Source: Vulcanimicrobiales bacterium
GTDB taxonomy: Bacteria > Vulcanimicrobiota > Vulcanimicrobiia > Vulcanimicrobiales > Vulcanimicrobiaceae
Assembly (NCBI GenBank): GCA_038215615.1
Contig: JBBQQR010000019.1
Location: 1-44,050, forward strand
DNA length: 44,050 bases
Direction: 5' to 3'
The notes below the pieces were generated by a model. The model did no database searches and was not told where the DNA came from. It was given only the letters and a program-made list of their open reading frames with translations. Below are positions 8,798-17,170 of this stretch, in pieces. Position 1 is the first letter of the stretch. Each line of letters starts with the position of its first letter. A program made the position numbers and the translations under genes.

Positions 8798-8908
8798 GCG
8801 AACTCGACGCTCCTCGGTGTTCCAACATACGCGCATCCTCCGAGTCAGCAAGGCAAAAATAGCGCAAGGGCCAGGACTGCTGGCAGCTAGTGTCCCGGCC
8901 CATTTTGC

Positions 8909-9058
8909 TGGTCACCTTTTGGTCACTTCTTCGGCGGTTGGCGGCGAAAGTCGGCGGACGTTAGTGGAAAGTCAATTCGCCACAGAAGCCCCTCTTGTAT
9001 AGGTTTCGCGCATGTCAGCGGACGTCAGCGGTCATCAGCGTTTTATTCGTGAGACGCA
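8909..9058. mobile_element. att-like flank of an integrative element (phased short direct repeats)
   Basis: TGGTCAC x2 (8909, 8920); 10-bp-periodic CGGCG units (8932-8960); GTCAGCG/ATCAGCG x3 (9014, 9024, 9034); abuts the broken tRNA. Confidence 0.6.
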
Positions 9059-9097
9059 TTTCAAGACCGCTGCATTCAACCGCTCTGCCACCTCTCC
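9059..9097 (-). tRNA. tRNA-Ser(UGA) 5' half only (truncated after the anticodon loop)
   Basis: GGAGAGG TG GCAGAGCGGTTGAATGC A GCGGT CTTGAAA = acceptor 5' strand, D arm, anticodon 5' strand and loop. The expected ACCGC, variable arm and T arm are absent. Confidence 0.85.
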
Positions 9098-9221
9098 ACC
9101 GGCATGCTTTGGGCCGCGCGGAGGGCGCCCCTTTCGCGTAGGTTAAACTCGGCGCATGAGTTGGCACAAGACGTTACGCGCTGGAATGCGTCGGCCCGTC
9201 GAGGGTGGAGCGGCTAAAACG

Positions 9222-9416
9222 TTAACGTTGCGCGGGCGGCTCGCTAGCTGAAAACGACTCCGCCATCGATTTGTCGGGAACACACTCGACGAGCGCAAGC
9301 GCCCAACCACCATCCGTGCGCAGGCGCGCCAAATACCCTCGCTCGGTTCTTCCATAGACGTGATATCCGGCGTTCAACGCTTCCCGCAGCGACGTGAAAA
9401 CGACAAGACCGCTCAT
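9222..9416 (-). CDS. Small hypothetical protein (64 aa)
   Basis: GGGAG SD 6 nt before ATG 9416; compact sequence MSGLVVFTSLREALNAGYHVYGRTERGYLARLRTDGGWALALV. Confidence 0.65.
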   Translation of the reverse strand: MSGLVVFTSLREALNAGYHVYGRTERGYLARLRTDGGWALALVECVPDKSMAESFSASEPPAQR

Positions 9417-9536
9417 GCAATACTCCCAGTAGGACGGGCCTTCGTTTAAGCGGCGCGAGCTTGTGAGTCCCTGTTGAGAGCGGGGATAAGCATTAAGAAG
9501 TTGTGCATAAGCCGTGTACAACCGCCGATGGGGCGG

Positions 9537-10166
9537 CTAGTGGCGAACCGCGTCCACGATAACGATGCCGCGCGAGTTGCGCTGCTCGAATTCACCCAGC
9601 GCCGCAAGCGTCGCGCCGATGGGGCTCGCCGGCTGCATGGCATCCGAAAGCGTAATGCCGATGCGCCGCTTCACTTCCTGATCGATCGGACCCCGCATAA
9701 AATCAGGCAGCGAACGGTACTTCGCGATCATGCCGAGCACCGAACCGAACTGCCGGTCGACGATCTGCGGATCCATCACGATCACAAGCGTCCCGTGCGT
9801 TCCCTTTCCGGCGCCACGCTCGAAAGCGGCGTAATCGAAACCGTACTCATGCGTCGCGCCCGGCCCGTGCGAGCCGAAATGATGCACCCACGCGGCGAGT
9901 TTGGAAAACGGCGCATCGCTGGCCGCGACGACTTCTTGCCCGTCGTACGTCCCGGCTCCGTCGGCAAAGACGGTACCGCGCGTCTGCTCGCCCGTCACGA
10001 CTTGCCGGAAAGATCGCACCGAGATCACTTCGGCTTGCGGATAGAGCGCGACGTTGAGCGGATTGCGTAGAACCGCAGACGGCGTCGGAGTCGGGGCCGG
10101 CGTCTGCCCTCCGCTGCACGCGGCCAACGCGAGCACGGGGAGGACGTAAAGAAGAATTCTGCGCAT
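9537..10166 (-). CDS. Hypothetical lipoprotein
   Basis: MRRILLYVLPVLALAAC lipobox, Pro/Thr linker, 209 aa. Confidence 0.8.
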   Translation of the reverse strand: MRRILLYVLPVLALAACSGGQTPAPTPTPSAVLRNPLNVALYPQAEVISVRSFRQVVTGEQTRGTVFADGAGTYDGQEVVAASDAPFSKLAAWVHHFGSHGPGATHEYGFDYAAFERGAGKGTHGTLVIVMDPQIVDRQFGSVLGMIAKYRSLPDFMRGPIDQEVKRRIGITLSDAMQPASPIGATLAALGEFEQRNSRGIVIVDAVRH

Positions 10167-10229
10167 CGGCCGAGTTTTCGCGCCGGCTCGCGGCGGGCCC
10201 CGTGGGCTCGTCCGGCAAAACGACTGCAG

Positions 10230-11015
10230 ATGACACCCGATCCCGGCGACGACCGGCTCTCGTACGGCTCGTACCTGCAGGTTGACAAGCTGCTCTCGCT
10301 GCAGCAGCCACTCTCGTCACCGCCGCACCACGACGAGATGCTCTTTATCGTCATCCATCAGGTGTACGAGCTGTGGTTCAAGCAACTGCTGCACGAGATC
10401 GAGGCCGTCATGCGCGATCTCGCCGCGGGCGATCTGCTGCGCGTCGCCAAACACTTCAGACGCATGGATCCGATTCAGCGCCTGATCGAAACGCAGGTCG
10501 ACATCTTGGAAACGATGACGCCCCACGAATTCAACGCGTTCCGCGACCACCTCAATCCGGCCAGCGGCTTCCAATCGCTGCAGTTTCGCGAGATCGAATT
10601 CATGTCGGGCTTGCGAAACACCGAAACGCTCAAACATATTCAGATGAACGCCCCGCAGCGCGCGCGATTGGAGCGCCGGTTGACCGAACCTTCCCTCTAC
10701 GATCGCGTCAAAGAGCATCTGCGCAGCCGCGGATTTGCCGTCGATAGGCATGACGAACTCATCGCAACCTTTCGCACGATCTATTCGGGAAGCAAGGAGC
10801 ATTACGACCTCTACATGCTGCTCGAGCAGCTCATCGAGTTCGACGAACGCTTCTTGCTGTGGCGCGGCCGCCACATCCGCATGGTCGAGCGCATGATCGG
10901 TGCGCGGCGCGGAACCGGCGGTTCACTTGGCGTTACGTATCTGGCCACCACGCTCGAGAACCGCTTCTTCCCCGAGCTGTGGGAAGTCCGCACGCATTTA
11001 GGAAAAGGCTACTGA
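10230..11015 (+). CDS. kynA: Tryptophan 2,3-dioxygenase
   Basis: YGSYLQVDKLLSLQ, HDEMLFIVIHQVYELWFK, ASGFQSLQFREIEF, HIRMVERMIG..GTGGS.G..YL, FFPELW. Confidence 0.96.
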   Translation: MTPDPGDDRLSYGSYLQVDKLLSLQQPLSSPPHHDEMLFIVIHQVYELWFKQLLHEIEAVMRDLAAGDLLRVAKHFRRMDPIQRLIETQVDILETMTPHEFNAFRDHLNPASGFQSLQFREIEFMSGLRNTETLKHIQMNAPQRARLERRLTEPSLYDRVKEHLRSRGFAVDRHDELIATFRTIYSGSKEHYDLYMLLEQLIEFDERFLLWRGRHIRMVERMIGARRGTGGSLGVTYLATTLENRFFPELWEVRTHLGKGY

Positions 11016-12163
11016 TGCAAAATACCGCCACTGCGCCGGTGCTGCGAGATCGCTTTCCGATTCTGGAGACCTCGACGTACCTCGTCAGTCATTCGATGGG
11101 CGCCGCGCCGCGCGGCGCGAAAGCCGCGCTCGAACAGTACGCAGACGAGTGGCAAACTGACGGCCCCGAAGCGTGGGAGCTGTGGCTGCCCCGCATTGCG
11201 GAAATCGCCGACGGCATCGGCGCGATCGTCGGCGCCCCGGCCGGCAGTGTTTTTTTGGGGCCCAACGTTTCGGTGCTGCAAGCGGCACTCGCGACCGCGT
11301 TGCGATTCGAGGCGCCGCGCAACGAAGTCGTATATGAAGCTCTGCAGTTTCCTTCGCTGACGTATGTGTGGAGTGAATGGCAGCGCTTCGGCGCACTGCC
11401 GCGCATCGTTCCCTCAGACGACGGGCGCACCGTTCCGGCCGAGCGCATCATCGGCGCCATCACCGAACGCACTGCGATCGCCGTGCTGTCGCATGCGTAT
11501 TACATTTCCGGCGCGCTCTGCGACGTGCGCGCGATCCAAGCGCACTGCCGCAAGACCGGAACGCTGCTCTGTGTCGACGCGTATCAAACGACCGGCGTCT
11601 ATCCGTTCGATGTGACCGAGTGGGACCTCGACATCGTGACGGGTGGAAGCCACAAATGGTTATGCGGTTCGGCGGGTTGCGGCTGGATGTACGTCAAGCC
11701 GGAGCTGCGCGAACGGTTCGAACCGGCAGTCACCGGGTGGATGGCGCACGCACGGCCGTTCTCGTTCGAGCCGGCGCCGATGGTGTGGGCCCCGTCGATG
11801 TACCGGTGGGGAACGGGCACGCCGACGATTCCCGGCTACATGGCGGCGAAACCCGGGCACGATCTGATTCGCGAAGTGGGCGTACCACAGATTCGCGCGC
11901 ACAACCTACGGCTGACCGGTCTGATCGCCGAGCGTGCGCTAGAGCGCGGCTTGCATGTGAACACGCCGCTCGAAGCGGAGAAGCGCACGGGCTGGATCGC
12001 GATCGACTTTCCCGGATCGCAGCAGGCATATCGCGAGTTGACCTCGCGCCGCATCTTTGTGGACTATCGCCCCGGATGCGGTATTCGCGTGGGCCCCCAC
12101 TTCTATACCACCGACGACGAAATCGGCGCGCTCTTCGAAGCGCTAGACGAGATTCGATCCTGA
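11015..12163 (+). CDS. kynU: Kynureninase (class V PLP enzyme)
   Basis: YLVSHSMGA, DAYQTTG, GGSHKWLCG, PAVTGWMAH, DYRP..GIRVGPHFY; TGATG coupling to kynA. Confidence 0.85.
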   Translation: MQNTATAPVLRDRFPILETSTYLVSHSMGAAPRGAKAALEQYADEWQTDGPEAWELWLPRIAEIADGIGAIVGAPAGSVFLGPNVSVLQAALATALRFEAPRNEVVYEALQFPSLTYVWSEWQRFGALPRIVPSDDGRTVPAERIIGAITERTAIAVLSHAYYISGALCDVRAIQAHCRKTGTLLCVDAYQTTGVYPFDVTEWDLDIVTGGSHKWLCGSAGCGWMYVKPELRERFEPAVTGWMAHARPFSFEPAPMVWAPSMYRWGTGTPTIPGYMAAKPGHDLIREVGVPQIRAHNLRLTGLIAERALERGLHVNTPLEAEKRTGWIAIDFPGSQQAYRELTSRRIFVDYRPGCGIRVGPHFYTTDDEIGALFEALDEIRS

Positions 12164-13515
12164 TGGAGAGCGGGATGCTTGTCGACCACCGGAACATGGG
12201 CGCCGCGATTCGGCGCCTTTCGCTTCCTATCGCCTTCACGATGCTCGGCGATCAACTTTTGGGCGTGGTCGACACCATTGCGATTGGCAGTCTCGGCGCC
12301 GTTGCGCTGGCAGGTGTTACCGGTGCGGCGACGGTTTTTACCGCCGTAGCTTTTTCAATTTTCGGGTTTTTCAGCGGCATGTCGATCATCGCCGCCCAGC
12401 GCGTCGGAGCCCGGGACTTGGACGGCTATGGCAGCACCGTGCGCGCCGGATTCATCGTGCCGTTTCTGAGCGCGATTGTGGCGGCGCTTGCGAGCATTCC
12501 TTTAGCTCCCGTAGTCATTCACGCAATGGTCGGCGATCTCGCGAGCGCGCACAGCAGTTCAGTCTATCTGACGCTGCGGTGCTTTTCGCTTTTGCCGATC
12601 GCGATTTCCGGAACGCTGATCGTCGGCTTAGGCGCGGCCGGCAACCGCGTATTGGGCGTGCTCGTGCTGGCCGTCGTGAACATCGTGCACATTCCGCTGC
12701 TGCTGATTCTCGCGCTGGGATGGGGCACGCATCACCCGCTCGGCATCGAAGGCGCGGGCATCTCATCCCTTCTTTCCGAGAGCATCGCCTGCGTCTGCGC
12801 CATGATCTACGCATGGCGGCGGCCGATCTATCGCGTCTTCACTTCTTTCGATCTCAATTGGCGGTTGGCGCTGGAATGCGCGCGGCTGGGATTGCCGGAA
12901 GTCGTTTTCTTGTTTGCGGTGATCGCGCCCGACTCGTTCATCGTCGCAATGCTTGCGCCGCTGGGCGCCGTCGCGATCTCGGCGTTCCGCGCGCTCAACG
13001 TCGCGTCGGATCTCACGTTCGTCGTCCCGAGCCCGCTGCAGTCGGCGGCGCAAACGGTGATCGGGCAACGCCTGGGAGCGAGCGATGTCGCAGGCGCGCG
13101 CTCGTTTTTTTCGCGCGCCCGGATTCTGTCGTTCTGGCTCACGACGCTGACAGGCGCGGTCTGCGCGGTATTGGCATGGCCGCTGGCGTTTATCTTTACG
13201 CTCAACGCGGTCGTCGCCACGGCCGCGGCTTTGCCGCTAGCACTGCACATGCTGACGCTGCCGATCAAAGGTTACGCGATGGTCTCGATGTCGCCGATAC
13301 GCGCGTCGGGCGACACCCGTTTTTCGCTGACGGTTGGAATACTCACGGGCATTCTCGTGGTGCCGGTTTGCTATCTCTGCATTAAAGTTTTACATATTGG
13401 CCTGTACGGCGTGCCCGTCGCGTGGATCGTCGCTTGGGGCGCGCGCGCCGTTGCGACCGCTATAAAATTGCGAGGCGAAAGCTGGACGCGCCGCCAACTG
13501 ATCGCCGCGCGCTAA
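12163..13515 (+). CDS. MATE family efflux transporter
   Basis: About 12 TM; VDTIAIGSLGAVALAG, AQRVGARD, IGQRLGA, RASGDTRF; TGATG coupling to kynU (alternative start 12175). Confidence 0.9.
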   Translation: MESGMLVDHRNMGAAIRRLSLPIAFTMLGDQLLGVVDTIAIGSLGAVALAGVTGAATVFTAVAFSIFGFFSGMSIIAAQRVGARDLDGYGSTVRAGFIVPFLSAIVAALASIPLAPVVIHAMVGDLASAHSSSVYLTLRCFSLLPIAISGTLIVGLGAAGNRVLGVLVLAVVNIVHIPLLLILALGWGTHHPLGIEGAGISSLLSESIACVCAMIYAWRRPIYRVFTSFDLNWRLALECARLGLPEVVFLFAVIAPDSFIVAMLAPLGAVAISAFRALNVASDLTFVVPSPLQSAAQTVIGQRLGASDVAGARSFFSRARILSFWLTTLTGAVCAVLAWPLAFIFTLNAVVATAAALPLALHMLTLPIKGYAMVSMSPIRASGDTRFSLTVGILTGILVVPVCYLCIKVLHIGLYGVPVAWIVAWGARAVATAIKLRGESWTRRQLIAAR

Positions 13516-14285
13516 CGCAAGCGCGTAAAGAGCTCGACCGATTCTTCGTGAACGGCGCCGTTGCTCGCAAGAACCGACTCGCTTTCGAGCGTCCACTCTT
13601 TCCCGTCGATCGTCGTAACGCGCCCGCCGGCTTCGCGAACGAGCAGCGCTCCGGCCGCCGTATCCCACTGATGCAAATCAAACTCCCAGAACGCATCGAA
13701 ACGGCCGGACGCGACATACGCGAGATTGAGCGCGGCCGAACCATCGCGGCGCACGCCTTGAGTCATCTGAGAAGCCGCGTCGAAATAGCGCATGTTCCGC
13801 TCGTAACGCGCCGGTTGAAATCCCGTACAGACCAGCGACGCCGATAAACTTTCAATAGATGAGACGTTAAGCGCGCGATCGTTCAGTCTCGCCCCGCCAC
13901 CGCGCTCGGCCAAGAATGTTTCATGCATCGCCGGCGCGTGAACGACGGCCGCCACAACTTCACCGTCGCGTTCGAACGCGATCGAGACGCAAAAGATCGG
14001 ATAGCCGTGCGCGTAATTCGTCGTGCCGTCGAGCGGATCGATAATCCACCGCTCGCGTGAGCTCCCTGTTTGCAGGCCGCCTTCTTCTCCGAGGAAGGCA
14101 GCTTTTGGAAAATCAGCGCGCAGGCGTTCGACGACGACGCGTTCGCTGGCCCCGTCCGCCAGCGTAACCAGATCGGCGCGGCGGCCCTTCTCGCGGATTT
14201 CCAGCGGCCCGCCGATGTGCTTCATCAGCATTTCTCCCGCCAAACGCGCGGCATCGAGGGCTGTCTTTAGCGGGTCAGGCGGCAT
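13512..14285 (-). CDS. suhB: Inositol monophosphatase family protein
   Basis: DLVTLAD, GEEG, WIIDPLDGTTNYAHG, RRDGSAALNL, WDTAAG; start MPPDP at 14285. Confidence 0.92.
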   Translation of the reverse strand: MPPDPLKTALDAARLAGEMLMKHIGGPLEIREKGRRADLVTLADGASERVVVERLRADFPKAAFLGEEGGLQTGSSRERWIIDPLDGTTNYAHGYPIFCVSIAFERDGEVVAAVVHAPAMHETFLAERGGGARLNDRALNVSSIESLSASLVCTGFQPARYERNMRYFDAASQMTQGVRRDGSAALNLAYVASGRFDAFWEFDLHQWDTAAGALLVREAGGRVTTIDGKEWTLESESVLASNGAVHEESVELFTRLR

Positions 14286-14425
14286 GCCGGCTTGAGTTCT
14301 TCGGTGGCGCCCGGCAACATGCAGGAAGGGTGCGTTTCCATACTGATCTTTACCGCACATACGCCTATCATGGAACTCGTTCGTCTGAGCGCGGCATCTT
14401 TTTACTTTGGGCGTGTGGGAGTGCC

Positions 14426-14749
14426 ATGACACTAAAGATCGTGAAACTCGACGGCGATCTGGACTTTTCAAGAAAGGCGCAGATCGCAGAGCTGCTGGCC
14501 GAAGCCGACAATGCGGACATCGCCGTCGTCGATGTTGCCGGAGTAACGTACATGGATTCCAGCTGCTTGAGTTGCTTAGCCCTCCAGAAAAAACGCATGC
14601 ACGAAAACGGAACCGCAGCCATTCTGCGAATCGCCGGGGCTTCGGAATCGCTGCGCCGGATATTCCAAATCTGCGGCCTCGACAAGTCGTTTGAAATGTG
14701 CGCCTCCGTTGAAGCGGCTCGGAACGGGGTAGCCTCACTTTCGCGCTAA
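14426..14749 (+). CDS. STAS-domain anti-sigma-factor antagonist
   Basis: LDGDLDF, VDVAGVTYMDSS (phospho-Ser motif), RRIFQICGLDK; GGGAG SD. Confidence 0.88.
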   Translation: MTLKIVKLDGDLDFSRKAQIAELLAEADNADIAVVDVAGVTYMDSSCLSCLALQKKRMHENGTAAILRIAGASESLRRIFQICGLDKSFEMCASVEAARNGVASLSR

Positions 14750-14862
14750 AAGCCCCGCTAAGTCCGGTAACCTGCTAGACTGACGCTAGGCAGGCCAGCC
14801 CCGCGCCCTAGCGAGCGCCCACTTGCTCGATTTTTGGAAGAGCAGGTGTCCCTTTGATCCCC

Positions 14863-15567
14863 ATGTCTAGTCCGACGGGCAACCGTGTCCTTGACGCATT
14901 GCCGTCATCGGAGTTCGCCGCAATTCAGCCGCACTTACACGATATCGCACTCAAGAGCGGTGAAGTGCTCCACAATCCGGGTGAAACGCTTTCACAGATA
15001 TACTTTCCGACGAGCTCCGTTCTTTCGATCATTCTCCTGATGCACGACGGATCGGGGGTCGAAATCGGCACGACCGGGTGCGAAGGCCTCTCCGGTAGCG
15101 TCGCCATCATGCTCGGCACGCTCGTAGCGCCGAGTCAGACGATCTGTCAAGTTCCCGGAGCCGCTCAGTACCTTCCAGTCGACGTTTTTCAGGACGCGAT
15201 TCGCAACGGCTCTCAATTGCACACGCTAACCCAAAAGTATGCGCGAGCTTCGGTTACGCTGATGGGGCAGTCGATCGCCTGTAATAGGCTGCACACGCCG
15301 ACGGAACGCTGTGCGCGCTGGCTGCTGCTCACGCACGATCGCATCCGGGCCGACAACTTCTCACTAACGCAAGAGTTCCTCGCGATGATGCTGGGTGTTC
15401 ACCGGCCCGCTGTCAGTATCGCGGCCGGCGCTTTGCAGCAAGCCGGGATCATACGATACCGCCGCGGGCATGTGACCGTCGTCGATCGCGAAGGACTCGA
15501 ATCGGCATCGTGCGAGTGCTACCGCGTGGCGACGGGCCAACTGAACGGTCACTCCCCTCCAGCCTAA
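14863..15567 (+). CDS. Crp/Fnr family transcriptional regulator
   Basis: NRVLDALP, cNMP-like domain, ACNRLH..ERCARWLL, HTH LTQEFLAMMLGVHRPAVS, CECY tail. Confidence 0.93.
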   Translation: MSSPTGNRVLDALPSSEFAAIQPHLHDIALKSGEVLHNPGETLSQIYFPTSSVLSIILLMHDGSGVEIGTTGCEGLSGSVAIMLGTLVAPSQTICQVPGAAQYLPVDVFQDAIRNGSQLHTLTQKYARASVTLMGQSIACNRLHTPTERCARWLLLTHDRIRADNFSLTQEFLAMMLGVHRPAVSIAAGALQQAGIIRYRRGHVTVVDREGLESASCECYRVATGQLNGHSPPA

Positions 15568-15582
15568 CCCGGCTCCGGCGAT

Positions 15583-15612
15583 TTGCGACGGGTTGACCGC
15601 AAGGCCTATACT
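15583..15612 (+). promoter_or_regulatory. Sigma70-type promoter for the M-box leader
   Basis: TTGCGA (15583) N18 TATACT (15607), just upstream of the riboswitch. Confidence 0.45.
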
Positions 15613-15625
15613 AAAAGACAAGGAT

Positions 15626-15788
15626 ACCTCGCTAGGTGAGGCGTCCACGCGAAACACAGGCCGCTGCCCGGAAACGTCGAGAGACGCCAAGCGGGTAGAA
15701 CAGACTTCGCCGACCTAAGGCGTCGTCTAATGCGGCTAAGCCCCGTGGGGCTTTACGGCGCGTGGTGCCAAAGCAGACGCGATTGGGG
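15626..15788 (+). promoter_or_regulatory. M-box (ykoK) Mg2+ riboswitch
   Basis: Conserved blocks TAGGTGAGGC, GCTGCCCGGAAACGTCGAGAGACGCCAA, GGGTAGAACAG, CGACCTAAGG, TAATGCGGCT, GTGCCAAAGC..CGATTG in ykoK order, upstream of Mg transport genes. Confidence 0.93.
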
Positions 15789-15871
15789 TATAGAACGCGC
15801 TCGCCGTTCCACGCCACGACCGGTCGCCGCCCAGCGAACCGGTTTTATTATGCGCGGAAGGGAGGTGCGAA

Positions 15872-17167
15872 ATGGCGTTTCAGGACGGATTTATCTCCGA
15901 GCTGGTCGGGCGGCGTGCAACGGTGAATGAATTGCCGATTGGGAGAGTCACCGACTTCCTGGTGAACAATCCCGACCAAACGTTTCCTGAAGTAGACGGT
16001 CTCGTCATCAAGACCAGCCAAGGTCCGCGTTTCGCACCGATGGATACTATTTCAGACGTCGACGCGGATGGCGACGTCGCGCTCAACGCCGCGCCGAAAT
16101 TTGCCGCGCCGCCCGACGAAGAGGCGCTTTACCTCGTACTGGATTTGCTGGACAAGCAGATCGTCGACGTTGACGGCCGCAAAGTCGTGCGCATCAACGA
16201 TATCGAGATCGCGAACACCGGCGGCAAACTGCGCGTTGTGGCCGCCGACGTCGGCGTCAGTGGATTGTTGCGCCGTCTGGGCTTGCGCGGTTTTGGCAAA
16301 CGCTTGGGACCATGGGTCAATCGCCGCGTGCCGCGCACGATGATCGCCTGGGATTCGGTCGCGCCAATTCGCGAGAAAAACCCGTCGCAGATTCAGCTCG
16401 CCGTCAAGGAAAGCAAACTGACGCGCCTGCACCCGAGCGAACTCGCCGAAGTCATTAGCGATCTTTCCGCGCGCGAAGCCGCGGCCGTCATTCATTCACT
16501 GGACGACGAAACCGCAGCCGACGCGCTCGAACATCTCAAACCGGAAAAACAGCGCGCGATCATCGAGGACATCGGGCGCGAACGCGCCGCCGACATCATC
16601 GAGGAGATGGATTCGGACGACGCAGCCGACCTGTTGGGAGACTTGCCGGAGGATCAGCAAAGCGAGCTGCTGGCCGAAATGAATCAGTCGACAGCCGGCG
16701 AGCTGCGCGAACTGGTGAAGTACGAGGACGACACTGCCGGCGGGTTGATGACGACCGACTACGTCTGGATCTTTCCGCACCGCACCGCCGAGCAGACCAT
16801 TCACAAGATTCGCGAGATCGCGCCCGAGACGGAATTCATCTACTATCTGTACGTCGTCGACAAGGACGAGCGGCTGCTGGGCGTGCTGACGCTGCGCGCG
16901 CTCTTACTCGCGCCGCAAAACGATGTCATCGAACGCATCATGGAAGACGACATCGTGACGATTCCTCCGGCGATGCCGGCCCGCGACGTCGCGGCGACGA
17001 TCGCGCGCTACGACCTGCTCGCCGTCCCGGTGGTCGACCCCGACGGACTGATGCTCGGCATCGTGACCGTCGACGACGCAATCGATGCGATCATGCCCGA
17101 GGATCTCGTCAAAGAGCTTCCGCGCATCACTCCGGCGCGGCGCACGAGCCGTGCGGTAAAGGACTAA
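15872..17167 (+). CDS. MgtE cytosolic-type protein (PRC-like, MgtE_N, CBS pair), no membrane domain
   Basis: LDKQIVDVDGRKVVRINDI; acidic helical repeats (EEMDSDDAADLL); TAGGLMTT; YLYVVD; GIVTVDD; ends without TM helices. Confidence 0.9.
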   Translation: MAFQDGFISELVGRRATVNELPIGRVTDFLVNNPDQTFPEVDGLVIKTSQGPRFAPMDTISDVDADGDVALNAAPKFAAPPDEEALYLVLDLLDKQIVDVDGRKVVRINDIEIANTGGKLRVVAADVGVSGLLRRLGLRGFGKRLGPWVNRRVPRTMIAWDSVAPIREKNPSQIQLAVKESKLTRLHPSELAEVISDLSAREAAAVIHSLDDETAADALEHLKPEKQRAIIEDIGRERAADIIEEMDSDDAADLLGDLPEDQQSELLAEMNQSTAGELRELVKYEDDTAGGLMTTDYVWIFPHRTAEQTIHKIREIAPETEFIYYLYVVDKDERLLGVLTLRALLLAPQNDVIERIMEDDIVTIPPAMPARDVAATIARYDLLAVPVVDPDGLMLGIVTVDDAIDAIMPEDLVKELPRITPARRTSRAVKD

Positions 17168-17170
17168 CTC

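Noticed and set aside
8930..9045. CRISPR array or iteron origin
   Set aside because: Units are 5-7 bp at 10-bp period with no spacers; no cas or rep gene anywhere in the window.
8800..9058. Group I intron interrupting tRNA-Ser
   Set aside because: No recognisable P/Q/R/S core and no 3' exon in the window; the flank looks like att-arm repeats.
11377..12162. N-terminal extensions in the ORF track for MATE (also kynU, suhB, nuoN, nuoM, nuoB, K channel)
   Set aside because: Arg-rich off-frame overlaps with upstream genes; coupled downstream starts fit better.
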